NCBI GenBank assembly: GCA_963674965.2
Contig: CAXXFL010000001.1
Location: 1,344,001-1,408,000 of the forward strand
DNA from: a bacterium
GTDB lineage: Bacteria; RBG-13-61-14; DATKZS01
Reading direction: 5' to 3'
Length of the DNA: 64,000 bases
In this document: positions 40,046 through 49,722 of the stretch, piece by piece
Layout: each line of letters begins with the position of its first letter
Numbering within the stretch: the stretch's first letter is position 1
Position numbers and translations under genes: made by a program
The notes under the pieces: model-generated
What the model saw: only the letters and a program-made list of their open reading frames with translations
What the model was told of the DNA's origin: nothing
Database searches by the model: none

Positions 40046-40938
40046 TCATGAGCGAGCAGAGAATCCCGAAAAGCAAGCTTAAAGACCCCAATAACACGGC
40101 CCCCAACTGGATGACCACGTTCAGCGACCTGATGAGCCTTTTGCTCACCTTTTTCGTTCTCCTTTTATCCATGGCCTCCCTGGACCAGCAGCGGGTCAAG
40201 GAAGCCCTCGGGTCTTTGCGGGGCGCCCTGGGAGTGCTCGAGCAGGGCACCAAGACCGAGGAGGGAAAAAAGGAAATCCTTCCGTCCCTCGAGTTCATCG
40301 AGACCGACGAGCCCAGCGCCCGGTCCCTGGTGCATCGCCTCAACACGGTGATGGGAAAGAAGCTCGAGGAAATGTCGGAGGGCACGGAAACGGCCAGGGG
40401 CGGCGAAGGCTCGGAGACGGAATCGGAGGCGCCGGGGACCCTCGAGGAGGCTGGCATCAAGGTGGGCCGGGAGGAGAGGGGCGTGGTGATCCGTCTGGAG
40501 GAATCCTTTTTCTTCGACTCGGGCAGCGCCGACGTCAAGGAGAAGTCCTATCCGATTCTGGACGAGATAGCCAAGGTATTGAAGGATTACGACAACACCA
40601 TCATGGTGGAAGGCCACACGGACAACGTTCCCATCCGGAGCCGGTATTTCTCCTCCAACTGGGAGCTGTCAACCGCCCGCGCCCTGTCGGTACTTAAGTT
40701 CATGTCTAAAAGGGGACAAGTCGATCCGCAGCTTCTTTGCGCCGTCGGATACGGCGAGTATCGGCCCATCTTGCCCAACGACTCCCCCGAAAACAAAAAG
40801 AAAAACAGAAGGGTCGAGATAGTCGTTCTCACCGGCCGCGACAATGAAACTCGAAGCGGGACCCAAAACGCCCCCCCCAGCGCCGGCGCGGAAGACGGAC
40901 CCATCCCCGACTTCGAGGAATTTTTAAAGGAGGAATGA
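40042..40938 (+). CDS. motB: Flagellar stator B subunit (MotB/PomB)
   Basis: WMTTFSDLMSLLLTFFVLL TM; OmpA-like domain EGHTD, NWELSTARA, NRRVEI. Confidence 0.95.
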   Translation: MIMSEQRIPKSKLKDPNNTAPNWMTTFSDLMSLLLTFFVLLLSMASLDQQRVKEALGSLRGALGVLEQGTKTEEGKKEILPSLEFIETDEPSARSLVHRLNTVMGKKLEEMSEGTETARGGEGSETESEAPGTLEEAGIKVGREERGVVIRLEESFFFDSGSADVKEKSYPILDEIAKVLKDYDNTIMVEGHTDNVPIRSRYFSSNWELSTARALSVLKFMSKRGQVDPQLLCAVGYGEYRPILPNDSPENKKKNRRVEIVVLTGRDNETRSGTQNAPPSAGAEDGPIPDFEEFLKEE

Positions 40939-41444
40939 AAATGGCTGAGGAAGCGGCGGCAACGGCCGAAGTCCAGGCCGGAAGCAATAACAAGATGATG
41001 TTGATGCTCTTCGCGGTCAACATGGTCCTGGTGGTCCTTTTTGGCGCGGCCATGCTCTATTTCCTTGTCTTGAAAGGAGACGAGCCGGCCAAGGCGGAGG
41101 AGACGGCGGAGGACGGCGTCGAGACCCCCGTAATGGAGCAGGGCATATTCCTTCCCATCGACACCTTCATCACCAACCTCTACGTGCGCAAGGGCCAAGT
41201 CCATTACCTCAAGGTGAGCATCACCCTCGAGTGCGAGAACAAGGACGCCGTCGAGGAAATCAAGGAAAGGCTGCCCCAAATAAGGAACAGCATTATCCTT
41301 CTGCTGGCCAGCAAGACGGTCAAGGAAATAAGCGGCTCCGACGGCATGGCCGCCCTCCAGGAAGAGATACGGGGACACCTGAACAAGTTCCTTAGTAAAG
41401 GAAAGGTCATCAGGGTCTGCTTTACGGAATTCGTGGTGCAGTGA
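40935..41444 (+). CDS. fliL: Flagellar basal body protein FliL
   Basis: N-terminal TM; FITNL...HYLK; IRNSII; FTEFVVQ C-terminus. Confidence 0.92.
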   Translation: MKMAEEAAATAEVQAGSNNKMMLMLFAVNMVLVVLFGAAMLYFLVLKGDEPAKAEETAEDGVETPVMEQGIFLPIDTFITNLYVRKGQVHYLKVSITLECENKDAVEEIKERLPQIRNSIILLLASKTVKEISGSDGMAALQEEIRGHLNKFLSKGKVIRVCFTEFVVQ

Positions 41445-41451
41445 GAAAAAC

Positions 41452-42411
41452 ATGAACCAGGTCCTTACCAACGACGAACTCGGCGCGCTGCTCGACTCCA
41501 AAAAAGTCGAGGAGGGCCGCTCCACCAAAAAGGAGCGCGAGACGTCCATTTGGCCCTTCAAGCTGGGCAAGGTCAAGGAGGAAGAGGCCAGGTCCTATCC
41601 CTGCCTCGAGGAGGCCCTGACCGAGATGAGCTACGAGATCGGGGCGGTAATGGCCCAGTACTCGGGCCGCGAGGTGTCCTGCCAGTTCATGGAGATCGAG
41701 ACCTTCAAGGTCACGGAAGTGGCCGAGCGCTCGCCCAATTGGGCCATGGCCGCCCGGCTCGGCTTGGAAGGACGCAAGGAACCTGGTTTTATCGCCATAG
41801 ACAAAAAGTTTTTTTATTGCATTTTCGAGGCCAGGATGGGAGGAGACGGCTCGGGAGAACCTGGCCCCGAAAAGCAGCTCACGCCCATCGAGGAAAAAGC
41901 GGCGAACGAGATAGCCGAGCCCATCTCGGCCGCGCACTCGGCCATATGGAAAAAGCTTCTGAACGTAAAAATCACGAGCGCCGGCGTGGAACAGTCTCCA
42001 CGATGGGGCGTGGGAGTGGACGAGGACCTCGAGATAGCCCGCGCCAGGTTCAGGCTCAACATGGCGAATATCGAGGGCGACCTGTCAATATTCCTTCCTC
42101 GAGCGCTGCTTGACGGGCTGCCCCATCGGCAGAAAAAGAAAAAGGAAGACCCGAAAAAAATCGAAAAGCCGGCCAGCCCTAAAATGTTCGAGAACCTGGC
42201 GGACGTTTCCGTAACCGTGTCCGCGGATTTCGGTAGCGCCGAGATCACCGTAAGAAAACTGCTCGAGCTGAAGGCCGGCGACACCCTGATGCTTGCCTCC
42301 GGCAAGGACCAGAAAATCGAGATCAGCGCCGAGGGCCGCGTCCTGTTCAATGGCCAGTGCGGCGTGTCCAACCACAAGAAGGCAGTGAAAATAATCGGCC
42401 TTCCAAAATAA
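41452..42411 (+). CDS. fliM: Flagellar motor switch protein FliM (divergent)
   Basis: VLTNDELGALL N-terminal motif, GGDG, LTPIE, C-terminal SpoA domain; position in the operon. Confidence 0.85.
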   Translation: MNQVLTNDELGALLDSKKVEEGRSTKKERETSIWPFKLGKVKEEEARSYPCLEEALTEMSYEIGAVMAQYSGREVSCQFMEIETFKVTEVAERSPNWAMAARLGLEGRKEPGFIAIDKKFFYCIFEARMGGDGSGEPGPEKQLTPIEEKAANEIAEPISAAHSAIWKKLLNVKITSAGVEQSPRWGVGVDEDLEIARARFRLNMANIEGDLSIFLPRALLDGLPHRQKKKKEDPKKIEKPASPKMFENLADVSVTVSADFGSAEITVRKLLELKAGDTLMLASGKDQKIEISAEGRVLFNGQCGVSNHKKAVKIIGLPK

Positions 42412-42432
42412 AAGGAAAAAGAGGCTAATAAA

Positions 42433-42798
42433 ATGGCGGAAACAAGCGACAACGTGAAGACGGCAACGGACGCTAAAAAGGCCCCGGCGCCGCAAGTCCC
42501 GAGGCAGTCAGGCGCGGACGGGCAGCCGGTCATGCGGCTGCTCATGGACATTCCCCTGACCCTGCGCGTGGAACTGGGCAGCACCAGGATTCCGGTACGG
42601 GACCTCCTCCGTTACCAGGAGGGGGAAGTCATCGAGCTGGACCAGGACGAGAACGACGCCCTGGACGTTTACGTCAACGACAAGCTCATCGCCAGGGGCG
42701 AGCCGGTGGTGGTGGACGGCAAGGTCGGCCTCAGACTGACCGAGGTCGTGAGCGCGGCCGAGCGCCTCGAGAACATCAACGAGGGCGGCCCGAAATGA
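42433..42798 (+). CDS. fliN: Flagellar motor switch protein FliN
   Basis: LMDIPLTLRVELG...ARGEPVVVDGKVGLR. Confidence 0.93.
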   Translation: MAETSDNVKTATDAKKAPAPQVPRQSGADGQPVMRLLMDIPLTLRVELGSTRIPVRDLLRYQEGEVIELDQDENDALDVYVNDKLIARGEPVVVDGKVGLRLTEVVSAAERLENINEGGPK

Positions 42799-43526
42799 AA
42801 TTCCTCGTCCACAATTCGGTCGGGACCGCGGGCGTAAAAATTTGGCCCATCGCCGCCCTGGTCATCGCCGCCCTTACCATGCCCTTATTAGGCCGAGCGG
42901 CGGATTTTTCCCTCGCCTCTCCCGATGAAGAGGCGAGCGAACGCGTCGCGAACCCAAGTGACGCCGCGCCCGGCGAGGGAGAAAGCGGCGTGAAGGAATT
43001 GCTTCTGGACGGGCGCGAGGCCGGCCGCGGCCCCATGATTTCCGGGCTTGGCAAGGACGCCCCGTCCGCGGCCTCGGGCGGCGGCAAGGCGGCGGCCTTT
43101 ATATTTATCTTCAGTCTCGCCGCCATGGGGACCATGTTCTATTACCGGAAAAAAGCCGCGAACGGCGAGGTCCCGGCCCAGAAGATCAAGGTCGTCTCCT
43201 GCGCCAGCATCGGGAAGGGACAAAGAATTATCGTCATCGACGTGAACGGCTCGAGGCTTTTAATCGGCGCCACCGACCGGAGCGTCAACCTGCTCCAGAA
43301 GCTGGAGAACGACGCGAAGGCGCCCGCGCTCCCGTCCGCGGTCCCGGCCACCGCCTCATCGAGCCGGGACGCGGCGACGGCGACCGGAAAATCCCCCGCC
43401 AACGCCTTTGAAAAGATGCTCGGCTCATACGCGGCGGCGGCCGGGAGGGCCGGGGAAAAAACGGCCCGGCCGCGGGCGCCGGGGCTGGCCGCCAGGCTCG
43501 AGAAAGTAAAAAGGATAGCGAGCTGA
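42795..43526 (+). CDS. fliO: Flagellar biosynthesis protein FliO
   Basis: TM followed by IKVV...IGKGQRIIVIDV...LLIGAT..VNLL; lies between fliN and fliP. Confidence 0.8.
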   Translation: MKFLVHNSVGTAGVKIWPIAALVIAALTMPLLGRAADFSLASPDEEASERVANPSDAAPGEGESGVKELLLDGREAGRGPMISGLGKDAPSAASGGGKAAAFIFIFSLAAMGTMFYYRKKAANGEVPAQKIKVVSCASIGKGQRIIVIDVNGSRLLIGATDRSVNLLQKLENDAKAPALPSAVPATASSSRDAATATGKSPANAFEKMLGSYAAAAGRAGEKTARPRAPGLAARLEKVKRIAS

Positions 43527-44281
43527 TGAAGAATAAAAAGAAATGGCTGAGGCTACTCGTCCTGGTCCTGGCGATCGGGGGGACCGCCCTGTTCGCGTCG
43601 CCCGCCCGCGGCGGAGACGGCATCCAGCTCTCGATCAAGGGAGACGAGGCCGTCGAGTTCTCGAGCGCCGTCAAGCTCATGCTCCTTATTACCGCGCTCA
43701 CTTTCGCCCCCGCCGTGCTCTTGACCATGACCTCCTTCGTTCGCCTTATCGTGGTCTTCAGCTTCCTGAGACAGGCCATGGGTCTGCAGCAGACCCCTCC
43801 CACCCAGGTCCTGGTCGGACTCTCGGTGATACTGACGTTCTTTATCATGAAGCCCACCTGGGACCAGCTCAGCGAGCGCGCCGTGGTCCCATATCGAAAC
43901 GGAAACATGACCGAGCGGGAGGCCATGGCCGCGGCGTCCGTGCCCCTCAAGGAGTTCATGGCCAGGAACACTCGGGAAAAGGACCTGATGCTCTTCATGG
44001 AAGTGGCCCATACCCCCGCGGTCAACGACGTGCAGGAAGTGCCCATGACCGTGCTGGTCCCGGCCTTCATGATCAGCGAGCTCAAGACCGCCTTCCAGAT
44101 AGGCTTCATGATCTACATACCATTCCTGGTCATAGACATCGTCGTGGCCTCGGTGCTGCTCTCGATGGGAATGCTGGTGCTGCCGCCGGTGGTTATATCT
44201 CTTCCCTTCAAGTTGATGATATTCGTGCTGGTGGACGGCTGGAACCTGATCGTTGCCTCCATGATCCAGAGCTTCGGATAA
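43526..44281 (+). CDS. fliP: Flagellar export protein FliP
   Basis: MTSFVR, QQTPPTQVL, PAFMISELKTAFQIG, FVLVDGW motifs. Confidence 0.97.
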   Translation: MKNKKKWLRLLVLVLAIGGTALFASPARGGDGIQLSIKGDEAVEFSSAVKLMLLITALTFAPAVLLTMTSFVRLIVVFSFLRQAMGLQQTPPTQVLVGLSVILTFFIMKPTWDQLSERAVVPYRNGNMTEREAMAAASVPLKEFMARNTREKDLMLFMEVAHTPAVNDVQEVPMTVLVPAFMISELKTAFQIGFMIYIPFLVIDIVVASVLLSMGMLVLPPVVISLPFKLMIFVLVDGWNLIVASMIQSFG

Positions 44282-44295
44282 GGGAGCGGGAGAAA

Positions 44296-44565
44296 ATGAC
44301 GGAAGAATTCATAAATACTATCGCCCAGGACGCCTTTATGGTTTCTCTTCTGGTGGGGGCCCCCGCCCTGGTGGCCGGGCTTGCCATCGGCCTTAGCATA
44401 AGCCTTGTCCAGGCCCTGACCCAGATTAACGAGATGACCCTGGTTTTCATACCCAAGATTCTGGGCATATTCATCGCCCTCATGATCTTCGGGCCCTGGA
44501 TGCTTAGGACCATGCTCGATTTCACCCAGCGCATGTTCGCCCAGGCCTCGATGGTGGGGTTCTGA
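44296..44565 (+). CDS. fliQ: Flagellar export protein FliQ
   Basis: MTEEFINTIAQ...QALTQINEMTLVFIPK. This is the C-terminal 89 aa of track ORF 43543..44565. Confidence 0.95.
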   Translation: MTEEFINTIAQDAFMVSLLVGAPALVAGLAIGLSISLVQALTQINEMTLVFIPKILGIFIALMIFGPWMLRTMLDFTQRMFAQASMVGF

Positions 44566-45344
44566 TGATCCACGTCCCGCCCATGACGACCATCCTGGCC
44601 TTCGTACTTATCATGGGCCGGGTGGCCGCCATCATCTCCACCGTTCCCATGCTGGGGGCCGGTTTCCTGCCCAAGAAGGTCATCGTGCTCATGAGCGCCG
44701 CCCTTTCCCTGGCGCTGCTGGACGTCGGGGGGGCCGCGCCGGTCCCCGGGATGGACGCCATCGGACTGGCCTCGGCCATGGCCGGCGAGGTGGGACTGGG
44801 ACTATTGATCGGGATCATGGTGAAGATTTTCATGGGCGCCCTCAGCATGGGCGGACAGGCCTCGGGCATCCAGATGGGGATCGGCATAGCCAACGTCATG
44901 AATCCCCAGACCCACTCGTCCATCTCCCTGGTGGCCAACTTCCAGTATTATCTGGCCCTGCTCGTCTTCCTGGCCCTGGACTTCCATCACGTCATCATCA
45001 GGAGCCTGGCCATGAGCCTCGAGCTGGCGCCGGCCGGAAGCGTCCGGTTCGACTTCGCCGTTCTGGCCGACCTCGTCTTCGGCTTTTCGTCGTTCATGGT
45101 CATAGCCATCAGGCTGGCCGCGCCCATCATCGCCACCATCTTTTTCTGCCACGTGGTCCTGGCCATCATCGCCAAGGCCGCGCCCCAATTGAACGCGTAC
45201 TTTTCCGTCGGGCTCACCTCGAACGTGGTGGTCGGCCTGACGGCGGTCGTAATGTCCATGCCGCTCTGGATTCGGGAGACGGCCCTTGGCGCCGACGGGC
45301 TGGGCCAAATCATCGAGTCCATCGCCATGAGCGTGTGGAGATAG
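44565..45344 (+). CDS. fliR: Flagellar export protein FliR
   Basis: EVGLG, QMGIG, LDFHH, APQLN motifs; multiple TMs. Confidence 0.93.
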   Translation: MIHVPPMTTILAFVLIMGRVAAIISTVPMLGAGFLPKKVIVLMSAALSLALLDVGGAAPVPGMDAIGLASAMAGEVGLGLLIGIMVKIFMGALSMGGQASGIQMGIGIANVMNPQTHSSISLVANFQYYLALLVFLALDFHHVIIRSLAMSLELAPAGSVRFDFAVLADLVFGFSSFMVIAIRLAAPIIATIFFCHVVLAIIAKAAPQLNAYFSVGLTSNVVVGLTAVVMSMPLWIRETALGADGLGQIIESIAMSVWR

Positions 45345-45348
45345 AAAA

Positions 45349-46401
45349 ATGTCGGAGAGCTTCGAGGAAAAAACCGAACAACCTACCCAAAAGAAGCTCG
45401 AGAGGGCTCGGGAAAAAGGGCAGGTGGCGCAGAGCAAGGAAGTGGGGGCCATCATTACCCTGGCCGCCCTGCTTCTTTACTTCGCCGTTTCGGGGGACGC
45501 TCTCTGGTCGGGACTCGAGTCGGTCGCGAGACGTTCCTTTATCGTCGCCGGCGACGCGAAGACTCAGATACCTCCGGGCTTCATCGAGTCGCTGATAAGG
45601 CATACCTTCTCGATCATGATTCCGCCCTTCGCCCTGGTCTTCGCCTTCGGGCTCGGCAACGGGCTTCTCCAGACGGGCGTGGCCTTCTCGACTCACCCGC
45701 TCGAGCCCGACCTGAACAAGATCAACCCCATCTCGGGCCTGAAAAAGATATTCGGGTGGAGGGGAATCTTCGAGGTCGTAAAGTCCGCTTTCAAAATGGG
45801 CGGCATCGTGGCCATAGCCTGGTTCGCCGTCGAGAAGATTCTGTCCGTCCTCATGAACGCCCACGGCGCGTCCCTCGAGTCCTTGTTCTCGCTGGCCTCG
45901 TGGTCCGTGCTCAGCCTGGCCTTCAAGTTCACGCTCTTTCTCGGGACCCTGGCCGCCATCGACTACGGTTTCCAGAAATGGCAGTTCGAGCGCGACCAGC
46001 GCATGACCAAGCAGGAGGTCCGGGAGGAGTACAAGGAGGACGAGGGAGACCCACAGATCAAGGCCCGGCGCAGGAGACTCCAGCGCGAGATGAGCATGAA
46101 CCGCATGCTTACCATGGTCCCCCGCGCCGACGTGGTCGTCACCAACCCCACCCATTACGCCGTGGCCCTGAAATACGACAAGGCCAAGAACCGGGCCCCC
46201 GTGGTCGTGGCCAAGGGCGCGGGCGAGATAGCGAAAAAGATTCGCGAGATAGCTTACAAGCACGGCATACCCCGGGTGGAAAAACCCGAGGTGGCCAGGA
46301 TGCTTTACCGCAAGGTGGACGTGGGCAAGGAAATTCCCGAGGCCCTTTACAAGGCCGTGGCGGAGATACTCGCCTACGTGTACAAGCTGAGGAGAGGATA
46401 G
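45349..46401 (+). CDS. flhB: Flagellar export protein FlhB
   Basis: EKTEQPT, EGDPQIK, NPTH autocleavage motif. Confidence 0.97.
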   Translation: MSESFEEKTEQPTQKKLERAREKGQVAQSKEVGAIITLAALLLYFAVSGDALWSGLESVARRSFIVAGDAKTQIPPGFIESLIRHTFSIMIPPFALVFAFGLGNGLLQTGVAFSTHPLEPDLNKINPISGLKKIFGWRGIFEVVKSAFKMGGIVAIAWFAVEKILSVLMNAHGASLESLFSLASWSVLSLAFKFTLFLGTLAAIDYGFQKWQFERDQRMTKQEVREEYKEDEGDPQIKARRRRLQREMSMNRMLTMVPRADVVVTNPTHYAVALKYDKAKNRAPVVVAKGAGEIAKKIREIAYKHGIPRVEKPEVARMLYRKVDVGKEIPEALYKAVAEILAYVYKLRRG

Positions 46402-46404
46402 GCC

Positions 46405-48480
46405 ATGGCCGCCTCGAGCGCATTTTCCGCGAGACTGGCCTGGGTGGCCAAAAACTCGGACCTCATGGTCGGGCTCGGGCTGGTGGGCGTTTTGGGCATT
46501 ATGATCGTGCCCCTTCCCCCGGTCATTCTCGACTCCCTTCTGGCGGTCAACATCACCCTCAGCCTGCTGGTCATCATGGTCGCCATTTACCTGACCCGCA
46601 TTCTCGAGTTCTCCGCCTTCCCTTCCCTCCTGCTTATCGCCACGCTGTTTCGGCTTTCCCTGAACGTGGCCTCGACCAGGCTCATCCTGCTCCACGGGCA
46701 CGAGGGACCGACGGCGGCCGGCCAAGTGATCAAAAGCTTCGGCGGCTTCGTGGTGGGCGGGAACTACGTGATCGGCATCATCATCTTCCTGATCCTGGTG
46801 CTGGTCAACTTCATCGTCATCACCAAGGGCGCCGGGCGCGTGGCCGAGGTCGCGGCCCGGTTCACTTTGGACGCCATGCCGGGCAAGCAGATGGCCATCG
46901 ACGCGGACCTCAACGCGGGACTCATCAACGAGACCTCGGCGCGGGAGAGGAGGCGGGTGGTCGAGATGGAGGCCGACTTCTACGGGGCCATGGACGGCGC
47001 CAGCAAGTTCGTCCGAGGCGACGCCATCGCCGGCATACTTATCACCGCCATCAACATCATCGGCGGGCTGCTCATCGGCATCCTTCAAAGGAACATGGCC
47101 CTGGGCGACGCGCTGCAAAACTACACCATGCTGACGGTGGGCGACGGACTGGTCTCCCAGATTCCGGCCCTGATCGTCTCGACCGCCGCCGGCGTCATAG
47201 TCACCCGCGTGGCCCAGGAGTCGAACCTGGGCGAGGACCTGAGCGGACAGCTCTTTCCCAACCCCCGGGCGGTGGCCCTGGCTTCCTTCATCCTTTTCGG
47301 CATGGCCATCATGCCCGGCCTTCCCTTTTTGCCCTTCTTCCTGATGGGGTCCCTGACCGGGGGCATGGCCTACTTCATGCCCAAAAAGGAAGAGACCGAG
47401 GTAAAACAGGCGGAGCGGGAAATGACGCCCGCCGAGCGGGAGGGGGCGGCCCTCGAGCAGATGCTGGCGCTGGACGCCCTCGAGCTCGAGGTCGGCTACG
47501 GACTGATTTCCCTGGTGGACGCCAAGCAGGACGGCGAGCTTCTCGAGCGCATCAAGATGATCCGCAAGCAGTTCGCCAAGGACAAGGGCATCATCATTCC
47601 CCAAATACACATCCGGGACAACCTCCAGCTTAAGCAGAGTTCCTACCGCATCGTGCTCAAGGGCATACCCATCGGGGAAGGCGAACTCATGCTCAAGCAC
47701 TGGCTGGCCATGAAGCCAACGGCCGGAGGGGGCGAGATAGACGGCATGCCCGCCAACGAGCCCATCTTCGGCCTGCCCGCCGTCTGGATAAGCGACAAGG
47801 ACAAGGACAAGGCCATAAGACTTGGCTACACGGTGGTCAACAACGCCACCATCGTTGCCACTCATTTATCGGAGACCATCAAGCAGAACGCCCACGAGCT
47901 TCTGGGCCGGACCGAGCTTCAGGAGCTTCTTGACTTCGTTCGGCGCGACTGCCCGAGGCTGGTGGAGGAGCTTATACCCGACCCGCTTCCGCTGGGAGTC
48001 GCTCTCCGGGTGCTTCGCAACCTCCTCAAGGAGGGCCTTTCCATCCGCAATCTCCAGGGCATCCTCGAGGTCCTCTCCGAGAACGCCTACAAGACCAAGG
48101 ACCCGGACGTTCTTTCCGAGACCGTTCGCGTTGCCATGTCCAAGGGCCTAATCCAGGGTCTTCGCGGGCCCGACGGCGCGGTCCGGGTGATGATGCTCGA
48201 GCCGGCCATGGAGGAGGAACTTTTAAGGAGCGTGCAGTCAACCGATACGGGCCTTTCACTCGCGCCCGCTCCTCAAACGGCCAAGCGTCTGGTGGCTTCC
48301 CTCGAGAGGGAGGGCCAGAAAATGATCGACCAAAGCTACACGCCCATCCTGGTCTGCTCGCCCAGGATAAGGCTTCCCTTGAAGCGGGCCGTGGAGAAGA
48401 TGATGCCCATGCTGGTCGTCGTCTCCCACGCGGAACTCGACGCGTCGGTTCCGGTAATAACGACAAGCGTGGTGGGATGA
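46405..48480 (+). CDS. flhA: Flagellar export protein FlhA
   Basis: RVAEVAARFTLDAMPGKQM, FYGAMDGASKFVRGD motifs. Confidence 0.98.
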   Translation: MAASSAFSARLAWVAKNSDLMVGLGLVGVLGIMIVPLPPVILDSLLAVNITLSLLVIMVAIYLTRILEFSAFPSLLLIATLFRLSLNVASTRLILLHGHEGPTAAGQVIKSFGGFVVGGNYVIGIIIFLILVLVNFIVITKGAGRVAEVAARFTLDAMPGKQMAIDADLNAGLINETSARERRRVVEMEADFYGAMDGASKFVRGDAIAGILITAINIIGGLLIGILQRNMALGDALQNYTMLTVGDGLVSQIPALIVSTAAGVIVTRVAQESNLGEDLSGQLFPNPRAVALASFILFGMAIMPGLPFLPFFLMGSLTGGMAYFMPKKEETEVKQAEREMTPAEREGAALEQMLALDALELEVGYGLISLVDAKQDGELLERIKMIRKQFAKDKGIIIPQIHIRDNLQLKQSSYRIVLKGIPIGEGELMLKHWLAMKPTAGGGEIDGMPANEPIFGLPAVWISDKDKDKAIRLGYTVVNNATIVATHLSETIKQNAHELLGRTELQELLDFVRRDCPRLVEELIPDPLPLGVALRVLRNLLKEGLSIRNLQGILEVLSENAYKTKDPDVLSETVRVAMSKGLIQGLRGPDGAVRVMMLEPAMEEELLRSVQSTDTGLSLAPAPQTAKRLVASLEREGQKMIDQSYTPILVCSPRIRLPLKRAVEKMMPMLVVVSHAELDASVPVITTSVVG

Positions 48481-48484
48481 AGTC

Positions 48485-49717
48485 ATGAGAATGAAAACGT
48501 ACGCGGCGGACACGATGGAGGAGGCCCTGGGCCTCATCAAGAGGGAGATGGGCCCCGAGGCCGTCATTCTTAACGCCCGGCACCTCGAGGAGCCCGGCCC
48601 CCTCGGCATGTACACGAGAAAACGGGTCGAGGTCACGGCCGCCATCGACAGGGGCGAGACGGCGAGAACGGTTGCCCCGAGCGCCCTCGACGAGGCGGTG
48701 CGCGGGGCCATAGGCACATACGCCTCCACCGGCCGGCCAAGCGGGAGGGAAGTGGCCAGAGACCGCTCTATTAAAATTAACGGCGCGGGCGAGACCGTTT
48801 CCGGACCTTCCCGCGTCTCCATTGCCAACGACGACGTGGCCAGGGAAATCAAGGCCATCCGGGCGGGCATGGAGGAACTCAAAAAGAGCCTTTCCAACGA
48901 GGGCGGCGCCGGCAGGAACGGCGGCCTTCTGGATTTTCTCACCGGCTCGGGAGTGTCCGGCGAGCTGGCCTCCCGCGTGTGCGGGTTCCTGGAGGGAGAG
49001 TCGGCCAAAATAGGAGACCCCACCATCGACCCGGCCAGGCTTAAAAACAAAATGGCCCGCATAATCAAGACGGCCGGACCCATAGCGCCCGGCGCCGGAG
49101 AGACCAGGTGGATCGCCCTGGTCGGGCCCACCGGCGTGGGCAAGACCACCACGGCGGCCAAGCTGGCCGCCGGCCTGGCCTTGGCCGAGGGCGCCAGGGT
49201 GGCCCTGGCCACTACCGATACCTACAGGATCGGGGCGGTCGACCAGCTCCAGATTTTCGCCGACATCATGGACGTACCCCTCCACGTGCTGCGCGGGCCC
49301 GAGGACGTGATGAGGACGAGAAGGGAGCTGGCCGAGTACAAGTTCGTTCTGGTCGACACCTCGGGGCGGTCGCCGCTTGACGTCAACGCCACCTCCGAAA
49401 TCAAGTGGCTAAGGCACGCCAACCCCGCGGCCGAGGCCCACCTGGTGCTCAGCGCCGCCTCCAGCCGGGAGGCGCAAAACGCCGCCATCGACGCCTTCAA
49501 GGCGGCGGGAGCGGCCAAGCTGATCTTTACCAAGCTCGACGAGACCACCAAAAGGGGCGGCATACTCGACGCCTACTGGCGGGCCAAGAGACCCATCAGC
49601 TACGTGTGTCACGGCCAGAGGGTGCCCGACGACCTTACCGCCGCGACCTCCGCCCTGGTGCTCGACTGGATTTTCCCCGCGAAAAACAAAATTACCCTCG
49701 CGGCTAACGCTATTTAA
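48485..49717 (+). CDS. flhF: Flagellar SRP-family GTPase FlhF
   Basis: GPTGVGKTTT, DTYRIGA, DTSGR, TKLDE, GQRVPDD motifs. Confidence 0.95.
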   Translation: MRMKTYAADTMEEALGLIKREMGPEAVILNARHLEEPGPLGMYTRKRVEVTAAIDRGETARTVAPSALDEAVRGAIGTYASTGRPSGREVARDRSIKINGAGETVSGPSRVSIANDDVAREIKAIRAGMEELKKSLSNEGGAGRNGGLLDFLTGSGVSGELASRVCGFLEGESAKIGDPTIDPARLKNKMARIIKTAGPIAPGAGETRWIALVGPTGVGKTTTAAKLAAGLALAEGARVALATTDTYRIGAVDQLQIFADIMDVPLHVLRGPEDVMRTRRELAEYKFVLVDTSGRSPLDVNATSEIKWLRHANPAAEAHLVLSAASSREAQNAAIDAFKAAGAAKLIFTKLDETTKRGGILDAYWRAKRPISYVCHGQRVPDDLTAATSALVLDWIFPAKNKITLAANAI

Positions 49718-49722
49718 GGAGA

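Noticed and set aside
45310-47865. Long antisense and alternate-frame ORFs (851 aa here; also 13928-15529, 25498-27024, 29877-31508, 45756-47633)
   Set aside because: Shadow ORFs of GC-rich genes that overlap well-supported CDSs and show no recognisable motifs.
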